Of a stretch of 64,000 nt of DNA, positions 17,630 through 28,402 are shown one piece after another. The position numbers and the translations under genes were made by a program. Source of the stretch: Fidelibacterota bacterium (lineage in GTDB: Bacteria > Fidelibacterota > Marinisomatia > Marinisomatales > TCS55); contig JAPYRG010000003.1 in assembly GCA_029936965.1 (NCBI GenBank), positions 31,417 to 95,416 on the forward strand, written 5' to 3'. Position 1 is the stretch's first letter; every line of letters starts with the position of its first letter. Below the pieces are notes generated by a model. The model worked only from the letters and a program-made list of their open reading frames with translations, had not been told where the DNA came from and ran no database searches.

Positions 17630-18117
17630 TTATCCATTATTTTATCAAAATGTATTTTCAATTCATCATATGTTTCTTGAAGGCCCTGAACTTGCACTTT
17701 TGTTTCACCAATAACAGGCATAAAATTTGTATCTCCATTCCATCTAGGCACAACATGGAAATGTATATGATCTGCAATCCCAGCCCCTCCTGCAGTGCCT
17801 ATATTCGCACCAAAATTATATCCATCAGCATTAAGATTTTCTTTCATTATGATCATTGATTCATTAGCAAACCAAATTATTTCATTTAAAGTTTCTAAAT
17901 CTAATTTGTCAGTCGTCTCCACATGTTTGTAGGGAGATATTAGAAGGTGAGCATTGTTATAAGGATATAAATTCATTAATACGAATGAATGATCACCTCT
18001 GGAAAGGATTAATGAGTTTTTATCATCGGTTGATTTTTTCTTCGAACAAAAAATACAACCTTTTTCTTTTCGTTCTCTAATATAGCTTATTCGCCATGGG
18101 GCCCAAAGATGCTGCAT
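17626..18117 (-). CDS. HIT (histidine triad) family nucleotide hydrolase/transferase
   Basis: 163 aa with the histidine triad HIHFHVVPR. Confidence 0.85.
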   Translation of the reverse strand: MQHLWAPWRISYIRERKEKGCIFCSKKKSTDDKNSLILSRGDHSFVLMNLYPYNNAHLLISPYKHVETTDKLDLETLNEIIWFANESMIIMKENLNADGYNFGANIGTAGGAGIADHIHFHVVPRWNGDTNFMPVIGETKVQVQGLQETYDELKIHFDKIMDN

Positions 18118-18119
18118 AA

Positions 18120-20201
18120 TTATTTATTATCATCATTTTGAGATTCAGTAACAAAACGCTTTTGCAATTCTTGAGGTAAATATTCATAATGACTAAAACT
18201 TTCGGAATGTATACCTCTACCTCCTGTTAATGAGCGTATAGCAGTAGAATAATGATATAATTCAGATTGTGGAATTTTCGCTTTTATAACCTGAAAGCTT
18301 CCTTCATTATCCATCCCCATAATTTTCCCTCTCCTACTAGAAACATCTCCCATAATATCTCCCATAAAATCTTCAGGAACTCTGACTTCGACATCCATTA
18401 TTGGTTCGAGCAAACATGGCTGAGCACTATTGAATGCTTCTTTAAATGCTCCTTTTCCTGCAATTTGGAATGCAATATCTTTAGAATCAACAGGATGCTG
18501 TTTACCATCATAAAAAACTACTTTTAAATCAACAACGCGATAGCCAGCAAGGACACCATCCACACAGGCAGATTGAACTCCTTTTTCAACAGAAGGAACA
18601 AAGACTCGATCAACATTCTGCCCAACAAGAGATGAAACGAATTCAACTCCTTCACCCCTTTCTTTAGGCTCAATCCTCATCCAAACCTCAGCAAATTGCC
18701 CTGCTCCGCCAGATTGTTTCTTATGTCTATATTTCGCTTCAGCTTTTCCTTTAATGGTTTCTCTAAAAGGGATTCTTGGCTTAAATGTGTCAATATCAAT
18801 ACCAAATCTTCTTTGCAATCTTTGTATAGACACTTGCAAATGTAATTCTCCCTGACCTGATATAACTGTCTGGTGTAGTTCAGGATCTACATGATACACG
18901 AAAGTAGGGTCTTCCTCATGTAAGGTTGATAGGCCCATAGCTAACTTTTCTTCATCCCCTTTAGCTTTTGGAATAATTCCTATATGAATATTAGAATTGG
19001 GAAGTAAAACTGTATCCATAATAACTTGAAATTTTTGCGAACAAAGTGTGTTGCTTGTATGGGTATCTTTTAATTTGACAACTGCGCCAATATCTCCTGC
19101 ATTAAGATGGTTTACACTTATACGGTTTTTACCATTCAGAAGAAACATTTGACCAAAACGTTCCGTCTTAGACCGTGTGGTATTTAATATATCCATACCT
19201 GCATTAACGCTCCCAGAATACACTCGAAAAAAAGATAAATCCCCTACATGTGCTTCACTAATAGTCTTAAATACATTTACTACTGGCTCGTCTCCATCTA
19301 AGTTAACAGATATTTGTTCATCAGATTTTAATGATTTTGCTAAGACAGTCCCTCTATCAACTGGTGAAGATCCATATTTAGAAACAAATTCCATCAACCT
19401 TGTTACCCCTACATTGATAGTTGCAGAAGTACAGAATAAAGGAATGAAACTTTGATTTTGAATTGCATCATGGATGCCGCTTCGCATCTCTTCTTCAGAT
19501 AAATTCCCTTGTTCAAAAAATTTTTCCAATAAGGTATCATCTGATTCTGCTACATATTCAATCAATTCTTGGTGTAATTCTTCAACGCGACTTTTCCATT
19601 CAACAGGTAGATCAGACTCAGAATATTTTCCGCTCCCATCTGTATTATATGTTATGAGTTCACTTCTAAGGACATCAATTATTTGATTAAATCCTGGGCC
19701 AGCATTTACAGGTAATTGCATTGGAAATACATTTTTACCAAAATGATCCTTAGCTTGATTTAATATATTATTAAATTTTGCATGTTCACGGTCTAATCCA
19801 TTAACAACTAATACTTTTGGTATATTATTTTTCGATGCAAATGACCAAACTTGCTCTGTCCCAACTTCAATACCATTTACTGCATGTAATAGAACAACTG
19901 CCATATCCACAACAGCTAAAGAGCTAATTGCCTCACCAATAAAATCTAAATATCCAGGTGTGTCAATGATATTAAACTTTTTATTCCTCCATTCAAGATG
20001 TAATGGAGATGAATGGATTGAAATTTGTCTTTCGTGTTCATCGTGATGATAATCTGAAACTGTATTCTTAGCTTCAATAGAACCCATTCGGTTTATTTCG
20101 CCTGAACAGGAAAGCATGGCTTCACAAAGCATAGTTTTACCTGATGCACCATGACCTACTATAGCAAAATTCCTTATATCTGCAGATGTAAATTCTTTCA
20201 T
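18120..20201 (-). CDS. Elongation factor G paralog (EF-G2-like translational GTPase)
   Basis: 693 aa. G1 AIVGHGASGKT, G3 DTPGYLDF, and EF-G domains II-V. It is not in an str-operon context. Confidence 0.85.
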   Translation of the reverse strand: MKEFTSADIRNFAIVGHGASGKTMLCEAMLSCSGEINRMGSIEAKNTVSDYHHDEHERQISIHSSPLHLEWRNKKFNIIDTPGYLDFIGEAISSLAVVDMAVVLLHAVNGIEVGTEQVWSFASKNNIPKVLVVNGLDREHAKFNNILNQAKDHFGKNVFPMQLPVNAGPGFNQIIDVLRSELITYNTDGSGKYSESDLPVEWKSRVEELHQELIEYVAESDDTLLEKFFEQGNLSEEEMRSGIHDAIQNQSFIPLFCTSATINVGVTRLMEFVSKYGSSPVDRGTVLAKSLKSDEQISVNLDGDEPVVNVFKTISEAHVGDLSFFRVYSGSVNAGMDILNTTRSKTERFGQMFLLNGKNRISVNHLNAGDIGAVVKLKDTHTSNTLCSQKFQVIMDTVLLPNSNIHIGIIPKAKGDEEKLAMGLSTLHEEDPTFVYHVDPELHQTVISGQGELHLQVSIQRLQRRFGIDIDTFKPRIPFRETIKGKAEAKYRHKKQSGGAGQFAEVWMRIEPKERGEGVEFVSSLVGQNVDRVFVPSVEKGVQSACVDGVLAGYRVVDLKVVFYDGKQHPVDSKDIAFQIAGKGAFKEAFNSAQPCLLEPIMDVEVRVPEDFMGDIMGDVSSRRGKIMGMDNEGSFQVIKAKIPQSELYHYSTAIRSLTGGRGIHSESFSHYEYLPQELQKRFVTESQNDDNK

Positions 20202-20246
20202 TGTATCCTCGGATTATTATTAATAAAACGCTAAGAATTGTAATTT

Positions 20247-20272
20247 AACTTGATGTACAAATCAAGTTTTTT
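20247..20272. terminator. Intergenic 8-bp hairpin with T-tract on the plus strand
   Basis: AACTTGAT-gtacaa-ATCAAGTT followed by TTTT. It lies between two minus-strand genes, and the minus-strand reading has an A-tract before the stem and no U-tail after it. Confidence 0.3.
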
Positions 20273-20286
20273 AAAGAAATAATTTG

Positions 20287-20553
20287 TTATCTAGATTTAA
20301 ATTTCGATTTTTCAATAAATTCTCTAAGAGCCGGAATAATATAAATATCTGAAAGGTTTTTTTTACTGAATTCTTGAGCAAGGATTTTTAATCTTTGTTC
20401 TATAGGCTTATGTTTATTTACCACAATAAAATTTTCATCTTTTACCAAACACGATCCACCAGTAAAATCTCCTTTATCCTGCAGTAGTTTGATATTGAGT
20501 TTATCAGCTAGCTCTTCGAATAACGTAATTAATTTTTCCGGTTTATTAGCCAT
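20287..20553 (-). CDS. Hypothetical protein (88 aa)
   Basis: The ORF is tightly packed, 2 nt after the manC-like stop on the same strand. I recognise no motif. Confidence 0.45.
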   Translation of the reverse strand: MANKPEKLITLFEELADKLNIKLLQDKGDFTGGSCLVKDENFIVVNKHKPIEQRLKILAQEFSKKNLSDIYIIPALREFIEKSKFKSR

Positions 20554-20555
20554 GC

Positions 20556-21611
20556 CTATAATAAATCTTCTTTATTATCTTTAAGATACTCTACTATTTT
20601 TTTTACTTCTTCTACTCTTTCTTTGTTAACAACCAAAATTGCATCATCGGTACCAACAACTACTAAATTATCAACACCCAATAATGCAATAAACTGTCCA
20701 TTTGATCGCAAAAAATTATTATTGCCTTCTACAATCATTCCATTACCTATTATCGAATTACCTTGCTTATTTTTTGGGCTAATTTCATGAATTATATTCC
20801 AAGATCCCAAATCACTCCATTCAAATTTAGCTTTAACTACATAAATATTATCTGATTTCTCCATCAGTCCATAATCAATGGATTCTGGGGAAATATTGTG
20901 CCATATCTCATCATAATTTTCTCCAGTATTTATACATTGTTTAATCATATTTATAGAATCATATAGTTCTGGCATATGTTTATTTAAACTATTCATGAAG
21001 ACATCAACATTCCAGATGAAAATCCCACCATTCCATAAAAAATCTTTGCTCTTTAAAAATCTTTTTGCTAGACCCAAATGTGGTTTTTCCGCAAATGCTT
21101 TTACTCTAAATGCATTTGAATGATCTTTTATATTTTCAAGTTCATGTTGGATGTATCCATAAGCAATTGATGGAAATTTTGGCTCCATTCCTACTGTTAC
21201 TAGTCCTTGATTATTATTGGCTATATCAATAGAAGAATTAATTGCTTTTTCAAATTCCTTATGTCCAATAACTAGATGATCCGCAGGGAATACACCCATA
21301 GTTGCATTTTCATTTATTTCTGCTATCCTCAATGCAGCTAAAGCTATACATGGAGCAGTGTTTTTCCCTTCTGGCTCAATAATTATATTCTCAGAGGGAA
21401 TTCCATTTACATGTTCCTTAATTTGAGGAGCTAAATCTGATCTGGTAATAATAAATATATCCTCAATTTTCTTAACTTTAAGTAAGCGATCAATCGTGAT
21501 TTGCAACATTGATTTTTCACCTATAATATTAAGGAGTTGTTTTGGATTGTTATTTCTACTCAATGGCCAGAATCGTGTTCCGCTTCCTCCAGCCATAATT
21601 ACACAATACAT
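20556..21611 (-). CDS. manC: Mannose-1-phosphate guanylyltransferase (nucleotidyltransferase domain only)
   Basis: 351 aa. N-terminal IMAGGSGTRFWPLSR, then ...KPHLGLAKRFL..., ...WNGGIFIW... Confidence 0.85.
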   Translation of the reverse strand: MYCVIMAGGSGTRFWPLSRNNNPKQLLNIIGEKSMLQITIDRLLKVKKIEDIFIITRSDLAPQIKEHVNGIPSENIIIEPEGKNTAPCIALAALRIAEINENATMGVFPADHLVIGHKEFEKAINSSIDIANNNQGLVTVGMEPKFPSIAYGYIQHELENIKDHSNAFRVKAFAEKPHLGLAKRFLKSKDFLWNGGIFIWNVDVFMNSLNKHMPELYDSINMIKQCINTGENYDEIWHNISPESIDYGLMEKSDNIYVVKAKFEWSDLGSWNIIHEISPKNKQGNSIIGNGMIVEGNNNFLRSNGQFIALLGVDNLVVVGTDDAILVVNKERVEEVKKIVEYLKDNKEDLL

Positions 21612-23264
21612 TTATTTATATACTTCCTCTACATTTATCATTGGTAGTTCTATATCCCAATTACCACGTATTTCAACAGTATCAGGCATAACATAAAACC
21701 ACTCAGCAGGTTCAAATGGTTTTATTTTTCCAAAACTATATTTATAATCTTTATTGATATCATTAAAAATAGTAATTGTATACTTACCCTCAGGAATTTG
21801 CTTAAAAATTATTTCCTCTTCTGAATTTACGAATGATAACTTTTTAAGTTCCTTATTTTTAATGTTTTCTATCTCTGCTCCAAATGAGTTAACTACTGCT
21901 CCTGTAATTGGGATCTGCAATCCTCCATATCTAACATAATTCAGTGTACTTATATTTAATTTAATGGTAGAGTCCTGCAATAAATCATCGTTTATTATTA
22001 ATAAATAATTTGTTCTTGGATCCCAGTTGGTTCGAGGAATTATATTTACTTGCATTGGACTGACTATCATGACTTTTTCTTTGACTTCTAATGTGTCATT
22101 TTTGAATAACTGATAGTCAAATATTTTACTTTTTGGAGTAGGTTTAGAAAATTTTAATTCAATGGGGCTTTTAGGCGCGGTTGTTATATCTGATTTAGGT
22201 GAAGTAAGTTTTATCAAACTAGTATCATTTTCAGAAAGTAAAAAATTTAATGATGCAGAATCTAAATGTGTATTTTCATCAATATATAAATCATTAATTA
22301 TAACTTTAAAAGTTTCGGATACATCTATTAAAGACGGATGCGAAAAAATTAGCGATTTTTCATCTTCGGGATCGATAAATGAAGTAACTGATGTATTTAC
22401 TTTTTTATCATAGATAATTTTTAACATATAATCTTCATTTATATTTTTTAAGGATAGATTAAAAAAGATCCTCCCCCAATTATCCCCATACCATTCTCCA
22501 CTTAATAGTTTTAATTGAGATTCCGCTTGGCCTTTGAACATATTTACGTTTGATAAAACCTGGTCAGATTGTAGAGGAATTATTTTATTCCAATTAAGTC
22601 CATATATCATTCTATCTGTATTCAGAGGCATACCTGCAAAATTTCGGTCTATAGATAAAATTAAATAATCAGATTTTGATAAATATTGAAAAGTAAATAT
22701 TCCTTTATTTGATACATCAGTTATATAATTAGGATCTGTAAGAAAAATTTCTTGAAGATTATTATGATCTTTTATTTTCCATAAGTGGACTGCTGATTTA
22801 CCTTCACCATAAACTATGCCTGATATAGATCCTTTGGAAATTTTATCTCCAGTACTATATGCTAAAGATATTGCATCAGCTAGCTCAACTCCATGTTCAT
22901 CGGTTATATTTCTACTTAGATTAATAACATATGTTTGATCCCTTTCTAGATCAGCTGGGAAATCAATAGTCACAATATCTCCATGAATTATAATTGATAA
23001 TTCATCTTTAAAATTTGGAAAAATACGAATTCCTTTTTCAATGCTATTCGAATTCATGTATTCTGAAAACTGTAAAACAATTTTTTCACCTTTATAATTC
23101 AATGAACCGCTTGGAGGTTTAACATGTACTAAATAAGGAGAGGTTGTATCCTTTGGACCACCACTAGGTGGCTTAATTACTGCACAATATTGAATAAAAA
23201 ATATTGGAATACATACAATAGCACTTTGTAAGAACAAGTAAAAGTAATTTCGTATCCAAATCAT
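21612..23264 (-). CDS. Ig-like (SbsA/Big_5-type) domain lipoprotein
   Basis: 550 aa. Signal peptide with Cys, then DTTSPYLVHVKPPSGSLNYKGEKIVLQFSEYM, a typical Big_5 start. Confidence 0.5.
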   Translation of the reverse strand: MIWIRNYFYLFLQSAIVCIPIFFIQYCAVIKPPSGGPKDTTSPYLVHVKPPSGSLNYKGEKIVLQFSEYMNSNSIEKGIRIFPNFKDELSIIIHGDIVTIDFPADLERDQTYVINLSRNITDEHGVELADAISLAYSTGDKISKGSISGIVYGEGKSAVHLWKIKDHNNLQEIFLTDPNYITDVSNKGIFTFQYLSKSDYLILSIDRNFAGMPLNTDRMIYGLNWNKIIPLQSDQVLSNVNMFKGQAESQLKLLSGEWYGDNWGRIFFNLSLKNINEDYMLKIIYDKKVNTSVTSFIDPEDEKSLIFSHPSLIDVSETFKVIINDLYIDENTHLDSASLNFLLSENDTSLIKLTSPKSDITTAPKSPIELKFSKPTPKSKIFDYQLFKNDTLEVKEKVMIVSPMQVNIIPRTNWDPRTNYLLIINDDLLQDSTIKLNISTLNYVRYGGLQIPITGAVVNSFGAEIENIKNKELKKLSFVNSEEEIIFKQIPEGKYTITIFNDINKDYKYSFGKIKPFEPAEWFYVMPDTVEIRGNWDIELPMINVEEVYK

Positions 23265-23965
23265 TATGGTTTCAAATTTATAGGAATTTCACTAATAAAT
23301 GTCATATCTCTTTTTGACAATCTAGCTTTAATACACCAAATATTAACACCACATTGCTTAGCATTATATAATGCATTACAAAATTTTGGATCCCTATCCC
23401 ACATAGGCTGAAAAATTTTGGCATCAGAACGCTGAACAACAAATATAATGCCTGCTTGAAATCCATCTTTAACAAGATTGCATAATTCCTTCACATGCTT
23501 CTTGCCTCTTTCCGTAATTGCATCTGGAAATTTTGCAATCCCATTTTCGACATAAGTTACTGATTTGACTTCCAGATAAAATGGTTTGTTTTCTTTATCC
23601 GTTAATAGGAAATCAAATCTATGTTTTCCATATCTAATTTCCTGTTTTTTAATACTTGATCCATCAAGAAAAGATAGACGATTAAATTCAATACATTCCT
23701 TGATAAATTGGTTAGGCAATGTTGAAACAAGTGAAACTAATTCTCCGTTAATGTCTGTAAGAACTGTAGTATATCTTGTTTTTCTATTAGTAGAAAATTT
23801 TTCTTTTCTCAAGAATAATACTCTTCCAGGCGTTAGGATTTCTTTTAATCGTCCAGGGTCAGGTAAATGACTTTTCACATATTTATCTTTAATTTTTACT
23901 ATTGTTAAAAATCGGTTTGGACGATCAATAAAATTGCCTTTGATTAATGGCCCGTTAATTTTCAT
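23264..23965 (-). CDS. sfsA: Sugar fermentation stimulation protein SfsA (DNA-binding/nuclease fold)
   Basis: 233 aa. F..RPNRFL, HLPDPGRLKE and YLEVKSVT motifs are colinear with SfsA. Confidence 0.85.
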   Translation of the reverse strand: MKINGPLIKGNFIDRPNRFLTIVKIKDKYVKSHLPDPGRLKEILTPGRVLFLRKEKFSTNRKTRYTTVLTDINGELVSLVSTLPNQFIKECIEFNRLSFLDGSSIKKQEIRYGKHRFDFLLTDKENKPFYLEVKSVTYVENGIAKFPDAITERGKKHVKELCNLVKDGFQAGIIFVVQRSDAKIFQPMWDRDPKFCNALYNAKQCGVNIWCIKARLSKRDMTFISEIPINLKP

Positions 23966-24058
23966 TCTATAATTTCTTAGTTATTGATCAATTATTCCAC
24001 AAATAGTAGTCAATCGTATAATTGATTATTATTATGTAAATTTATTGTATTAATTACC

Positions 24059-25150
24059 ATGCCCCTTGTTCCTTCATATATAAAACAATTATCAAGCTAC
24101 AAACCTGGCGCTAATATTGATGATATAAAAATAGAAAAATCATTAAAAAATGTAATTAAACTTGCATCAAATGAAAATTCTATGGGCCCATCTCCGCTAG
24201 CAATATCAGCAATAAATAAAGGATTGAAAAAGATTAATCGTTATCCTGATGCAGCTGGAAAAAAACTTCGCAAAAAGCTAGCTAATAAATTTGATGTTAA
24301 AGCTGAAAATGTAATAATTGGTTCGGGTTCAGAAGGGATATTGTCAAATATATTAAGAACCTTTTTATTAACGGATGATCAGATTATTGGATCTGCAAAT
24401 TCTTTTATTGGATTCCGCGTCTTAGCTACAGCTACTGGAAGAAAAATAAATTGGGTTGAAATGAAAAATCACAAAATAGATCTTGAAGGGATAAAAAGTC
24501 ATATTAATGATTATACAAAAATTATATACATAGCAAATCCAGATAACCCTATGGGAACATATATAACCAATAAAGAATTTGATGAATTTTATGAACATGT
24601 CCCAGAACGGGTATTAGTGATACTTGATGAGGCATATTTTGAATATGCAGATCATTTAAATGATTATCCAAACTCAATGACATATAGATATGATAACGTT
24701 ATTACACTTAGAACATTTTCCAAAGCATATGGTCTTGCGGGATTAAGAATTGGTTATGGATTCTCTCATGAAACCTTAATTAATAATTTGTTAAAAGTAA
24801 AAGTCCCTTTCGAACCATCTCGTCTTGCACAAATTGCAGGTTTAGTAGCTTTAGATGATACTGAATTCATGAATAAAACAATTAAACTAAATAAAATAGA
24901 GAAAGATAAAATAGAATTAAAACTAGATAAATTGAATATAAAACGTATCCCCTCCGCAACTAATTTTATAACAACTTATTGGGGTTCCGAAAACAATGCT
25001 AAAGAAATAACAGAAAAAATATTAGATAAAGGAATCATTTTAAGACATTTGGCATCTTTTGGTTGGCCAGAATATGTAAGGATATCTATTGGTTTAAAAG
25101 ATGAAAACGAATTTTTTATTAAAACTCTAGAAGAAATTATTTTATTATGA
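24059..25150 (+). CDS. Class II PLP aminotransferase (HisC-like; by context probably the tyrosine/aromatic aminotransferase)
   Basis: 363 aa. KLASNENSMGPSP, ANPDNPMG and TFSKAYGLAGLRIGY (PLP lysine). The stop overlaps the hppD start (ATGA). Confidence 0.85.
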   Translation: MPLVPSYIKQLSSYKPGANIDDIKIEKSLKNVIKLASNENSMGPSPLAISAINKGLKKINRYPDAAGKKLRKKLANKFDVKAENVIIGSGSEGILSNILRTFLLTDDQIIGSANSFIGFRVLATATGRKINWVEMKNHKIDLEGIKSHINDYTKIIYIANPDNPMGTYITNKEFDEFYEHVPERVLVILDEAYFEYADHLNDYPNSMTYRYDNVITLRTFSKAYGLAGLRIGYGFSHETLINNLLKVKVPFEPSRLAQIAGLVALDDTEFMNKTIKLNKIEKDKIELKLDKLNIKRIPSATNFITTYWGSENNAKEITEKILDKGIILRHLASFGWPEYVRISIGLKDENEFFIKTLEEIILL

Positions 25151-26235
25151 ATAGTTATAAAATAGATGGGTTTGATTATTGTGAATTATATGTTAGTAAT
25201 GCAAAACAAGCAGCCCACTTTTATCATAGTACTTTTGGTTTTTACCCAATAGCATATTGTGGCTTAGAGACTGGATCAAGAGATCGAGTAAGTTATGTAT
25301 TAAAACAAAATCAAATTAAATTTTTACTTACATCCCCTTTAAATAATAATTCGGAAATCAGTAAACATATTTATAATCATGGAGATGGTGTAAAAGATGT
25401 ATCATTTACAGTTAATGATGCTGAAGCAGCATGGAAAGAAAGCATTGAGCGTGGAGCTGAAAGTGTTAGAAAACCTCATTTATTATCGGATGAAAAAGGG
25501 GAGGCGATAATTGCTACTATTAAAGCTTTTGGTGACACGAGCCATACTTTTGTTCAAAGGAATAATTATAATGGGGTTTTCTTACCAGGGTATGATGTTT
25601 TTGAAAATAATCTAACAGGTGATCCTTCAGGACTTATACATATTGATCATATCGTTGGCAATCAGCCAAATGGTGAAATGCAGACTGTATGCAATTTTTA
25701 TGAAAAAGTTTTTGGATGGCATCGATTTTGGACTGTTGATGATAAGGATATATCTACAGAGTTCTCAGCTCTAAGATCAATAGTGATGGCAAATGATAAT
25801 GAAAAAATTAAAATGCCTATAAATGAGCCTGCTGATGGATTAAGGAAATCGCAAATACAAGAGTTTATAGATTACTATAATAGTCCAGGAATTCAGCATA
25901 TTGCAATGACGACTAAAGATATCATTAATACAGTTTCAAAGCTAAGAGATAAAGGTGTTCAATTCTTAGAAACACCAAAAACCTACTATGAATCTTTAAC
26001 TGAACGTATTGGAGAGATAGATGAAGATTTAGATCAAATTGAAGATCTAGGGATATTAGTAGATAAAGATGAAAAAGGATATATGCTCCAAATATTCACT
26101 AAACCTATACAAGATAGACCCACGCTTTTTTATGAAATAATTCAAAGAAAAGGATCAAATAGTTTTGGTAAAGGAAACTTTAAAGCTCTTTTTGAATCCA
26201 TAGAAAATGAACAGAAAATTCGTGGTAATTTATAG
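25147..26235 (+). CDS. hppD: 4-hydroxyphenylpyruvate dioxygenase
   Basis: 362 aa. Two VOC modules, GIQHIAMTT, and the C-terminal FYEIIQRKG...FGKGNFKALFESIE signature. Confidence 0.9.
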   Translation: MNSYKIDGFDYCELYVSNAKQAAHFYHSTFGFYPIAYCGLETGSRDRVSYVLKQNQIKFLLTSPLNNNSEISKHIYNHGDGVKDVSFTVNDAEAAWKESIERGAESVRKPHLLSDEKGEAIIATIKAFGDTSHTFVQRNNYNGVFLPGYDVFENNLTGDPSGLIHIDHIVGNQPNGEMQTVCNFYEKVFGWHRFWTVDDKDISTEFSALRSIVMANDNEKIKMPINEPADGLRKSQIQEFIDYYNSPGIQHIAMTTKDIINTVSKLRDKGVQFLETPKTYYESLTERIGEIDEDLDQIEDLGILVDKDEKGYMLQIFTKPIQDRPTLFYEIIQRKGSNSFGKGNFKALFESIENEQKIRGNL

Positions 26236-26268
26236 TAAATAAATCACATAGGATTCTTGTAAAATAAT

Positions 26269-27252
26269 ATGAAATTCGCTACATACACAACTTTTAGAGG
26301 TGAAAAAACCCGATTTGGTTTTATAATAGAAGATAAAATAATAGATATTATGAGATCATCTATCTGGATGAATGAACATAAAAAAGATTCATCTTTTCTT
26401 TCTATCCCAACTACATTAAAACTTGCTTTAAATAAATGGAATGAAAATTTTGATAAACTAATTAAGCTTAAAGAAAACATTTCAGATTTAGACCATTCAG
26501 AATTACAAATTAATGGAAAGTCAATATCAATTAATTTAAATGATGTGCATCTCCTCCCTCCTGTGCCAAACCCTACGTCTTTTAGGGATTTTTATGCATT
26601 TGAACAACATGTGAAAGCAGCAAGAAAGCTACGGGGTCTTGATATGAATCCAGATTGGTATAGAATACCAATCTTTTATTTTTCTAATATAACTTCTATA
26701 TATGGACACAAAGAAGAAATTCCATACCCAAAAGAAACGAAAGAATTAGATTTCGAATTAGAGTTAGCAATTATAATTGCTAATGGTGGAAAAAATATAG
26801 ATAAAAAAGATGCAGAAAAGTTTATTGCAGGTTATACAATATTAAATGATTGGTCTGCAAGAGACTTACAACGTGAAGAGATGCAAATGAATCTTGGACC
26901 TGCAAAAGGTAAAGATTTCGCAAATAGTTTTGGTCCCTTTATGGTCACACCTGATGAATTAAAAAATAATTGGGAAAATGATAAGATGAATCTCAGAATG
27001 ACATGTTATTTAAATGATAATTTAATTTCTGATGGTAACACAAATGATCTTTATCATTCTTTTTCTTCTATGATACAACGAGCAAGCATGAATGTTGATT
27101 TGAAAGCAGGAGATTATATTGGTTCCGGAACTGTAGGTACTGGATGTATACTGGAATTAAGACCTGAGTCTACAGGTGGCTGGTTAAAAAAAGGTGATAC
27201 TATACGTCTAGAGATTGATAATATAGGCGTACTAGAAAATACAATTATATAA
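26269..27252 (+). CDS. Fumarylacetoacetate hydrolase (FAH) family protein, short form
   Basis: 327 aa. The FAH-fold C-terminal domain (ELDFELELAIII..., GYTILNDWSARDLQ, GDYIGSGTVGTG) is smaller than canonical FahA. Confidence 0.8.
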   Translation: MKFATYTTFRGEKTRFGFIIEDKIIDIMRSSIWMNEHKKDSSFLSIPTTLKLALNKWNENFDKLIKLKENISDLDHSELQINGKSISINLNDVHLLPPVPNPTSFRDFYAFEQHVKAARKLRGLDMNPDWYRIPIFYFSNITSIYGHKEEIPYPKETKELDFELELAIIIANGGKNIDKKDAEKFIAGYTILNDWSARDLQREEMQMNLGPAKGKDFANSFGPFMVTPDELKNNWENDKMNLRMTCYLNDNLISDGNTNDLYHSFSSMIQRASMNVDLKAGDYIGSGTVGTGCILELRPESTGGWLKKGDTIRLEIDNIGVLENTII

Positions 27253-27256
27253 TACT

Positions 27257-28402
27257 ATGCCTTTTTATCAACAACAAGGGGAAGTACCAAATAAAAGACA
27301 CATTCAATTTCGAGATAATAATGAAAGTCTTTACTACGAAGAATTAATAAGCCGAAAAGGCTTCAGCTCATTATATTCTAATGCGTATCACATCAATCCT
27401 CCAACAGCAGTCAATAAAGTTGGTAAATATCAAAAAATAAAAAAAGATCCATTAGATTCGACACACAGGCATTACCATATAAAATCATTTGACTTAAAAT
27501 CCTCAGGTGATGCAATAAATGCAAGACTGTCACTTTTTTATAATGATGATGTAGAATTATCAATTGCTAAGATTGATAAATCAATGAATGCTCTTTATCG
27601 TAATGGGCATAATGATGAAATCATATTTATACAAAGTGGATCTGGGAGATTTTATTCCAACTTTGGCAATATGGATTTGATTAAAGGAGATTACATTGTC
27701 ATTCCTAGAGGCGTGATATGGAAAATGGAAGTTGATGAAAAAATGAACCAATTTATTATTGAAACAAATGGGCCAGTTGAAACACCAACAAATTATCGAA
27801 ATAGTCATGGGCAATTATTAGAACATTCTCCGTACTCAGAAAGAGATATACGTACTCCACAATTGGATAAACCAATCAATGACAGCCCTTGCGCGATCAA
27901 AACAAAACTAAATGGTAGATACCAAGACTATGAATATGTTTATCATCCTTTTGATATTATAGGTTGGGATGGTTGCTATTATCCCTGGATATTAAATATT
28001 AAAGATTTTATGCCAATAACTGGAAAGATACATCAACCGCCACCAGTGCATCAGACTTTTCAAGCTCCAGGATTAGTTGTCTGTTCATTTGTTCCTAGAA
28101 TTTTTGATTATCATCCTGAAGCTATACCAGCACCATATGCCCATAGTAATATTGATTCAGATGAGGTTTTATTTTATTCTGCAGGAGAATTCATGAGTAG
28201 AAATAATATTGAAGAAGGATCAATAACGTTTCATCCTAGCGGACTTCCTCATGGTCCCCACCCAGGAAAGATTGAAGAATCAATAGGAAAAGATAAAACT
28301 AATGAGCTTGCAGTTATGGTTGATACATTTAAACCATTATCTATTTCTTCTTTAGCGAAAGAAGCTGATGATGAAGAATATCCGATGTCTTGGAAAATAT
28401 GA
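27257..28402 (+). CDS. hmgA: Homogentisate 1,2-dioxygenase
   Basis: 381 aa. PYAHSNIDSDEVLFY...ITFHPSGLPHGPHPG matches the HGD metal-site region. Confidence 0.85.
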   Translation: MPFYQQQGEVPNKRHIQFRDNNESLYYEELISRKGFSSLYSNAYHINPPTAVNKVGKYQKIKKDPLDSTHRHYHIKSFDLKSSGDAINARLSLFYNDDVELSIAKIDKSMNALYRNGHNDEIIFIQSGSGRFYSNFGNMDLIKGDYIVIPRGVIWKMEVDEKMNQFIIETNGPVETPTNYRNSHGQLLEHSPYSERDIRTPQLDKPINDSPCAIKTKLNGRYQDYEYVYHPFDIIGWDGCYYPWILNIKDFMPITGKIHQPPPVHQTFQAPGLVVCSFVPRIFDYHPEAIPAPYAHSNIDSDEVLFYSAGEFMSRNNIEEGSITFHPSGLPHGPHPGKIEESIGKDKTNELAVMVDTFKPLSISSLAKEADDEEYPMSWKI

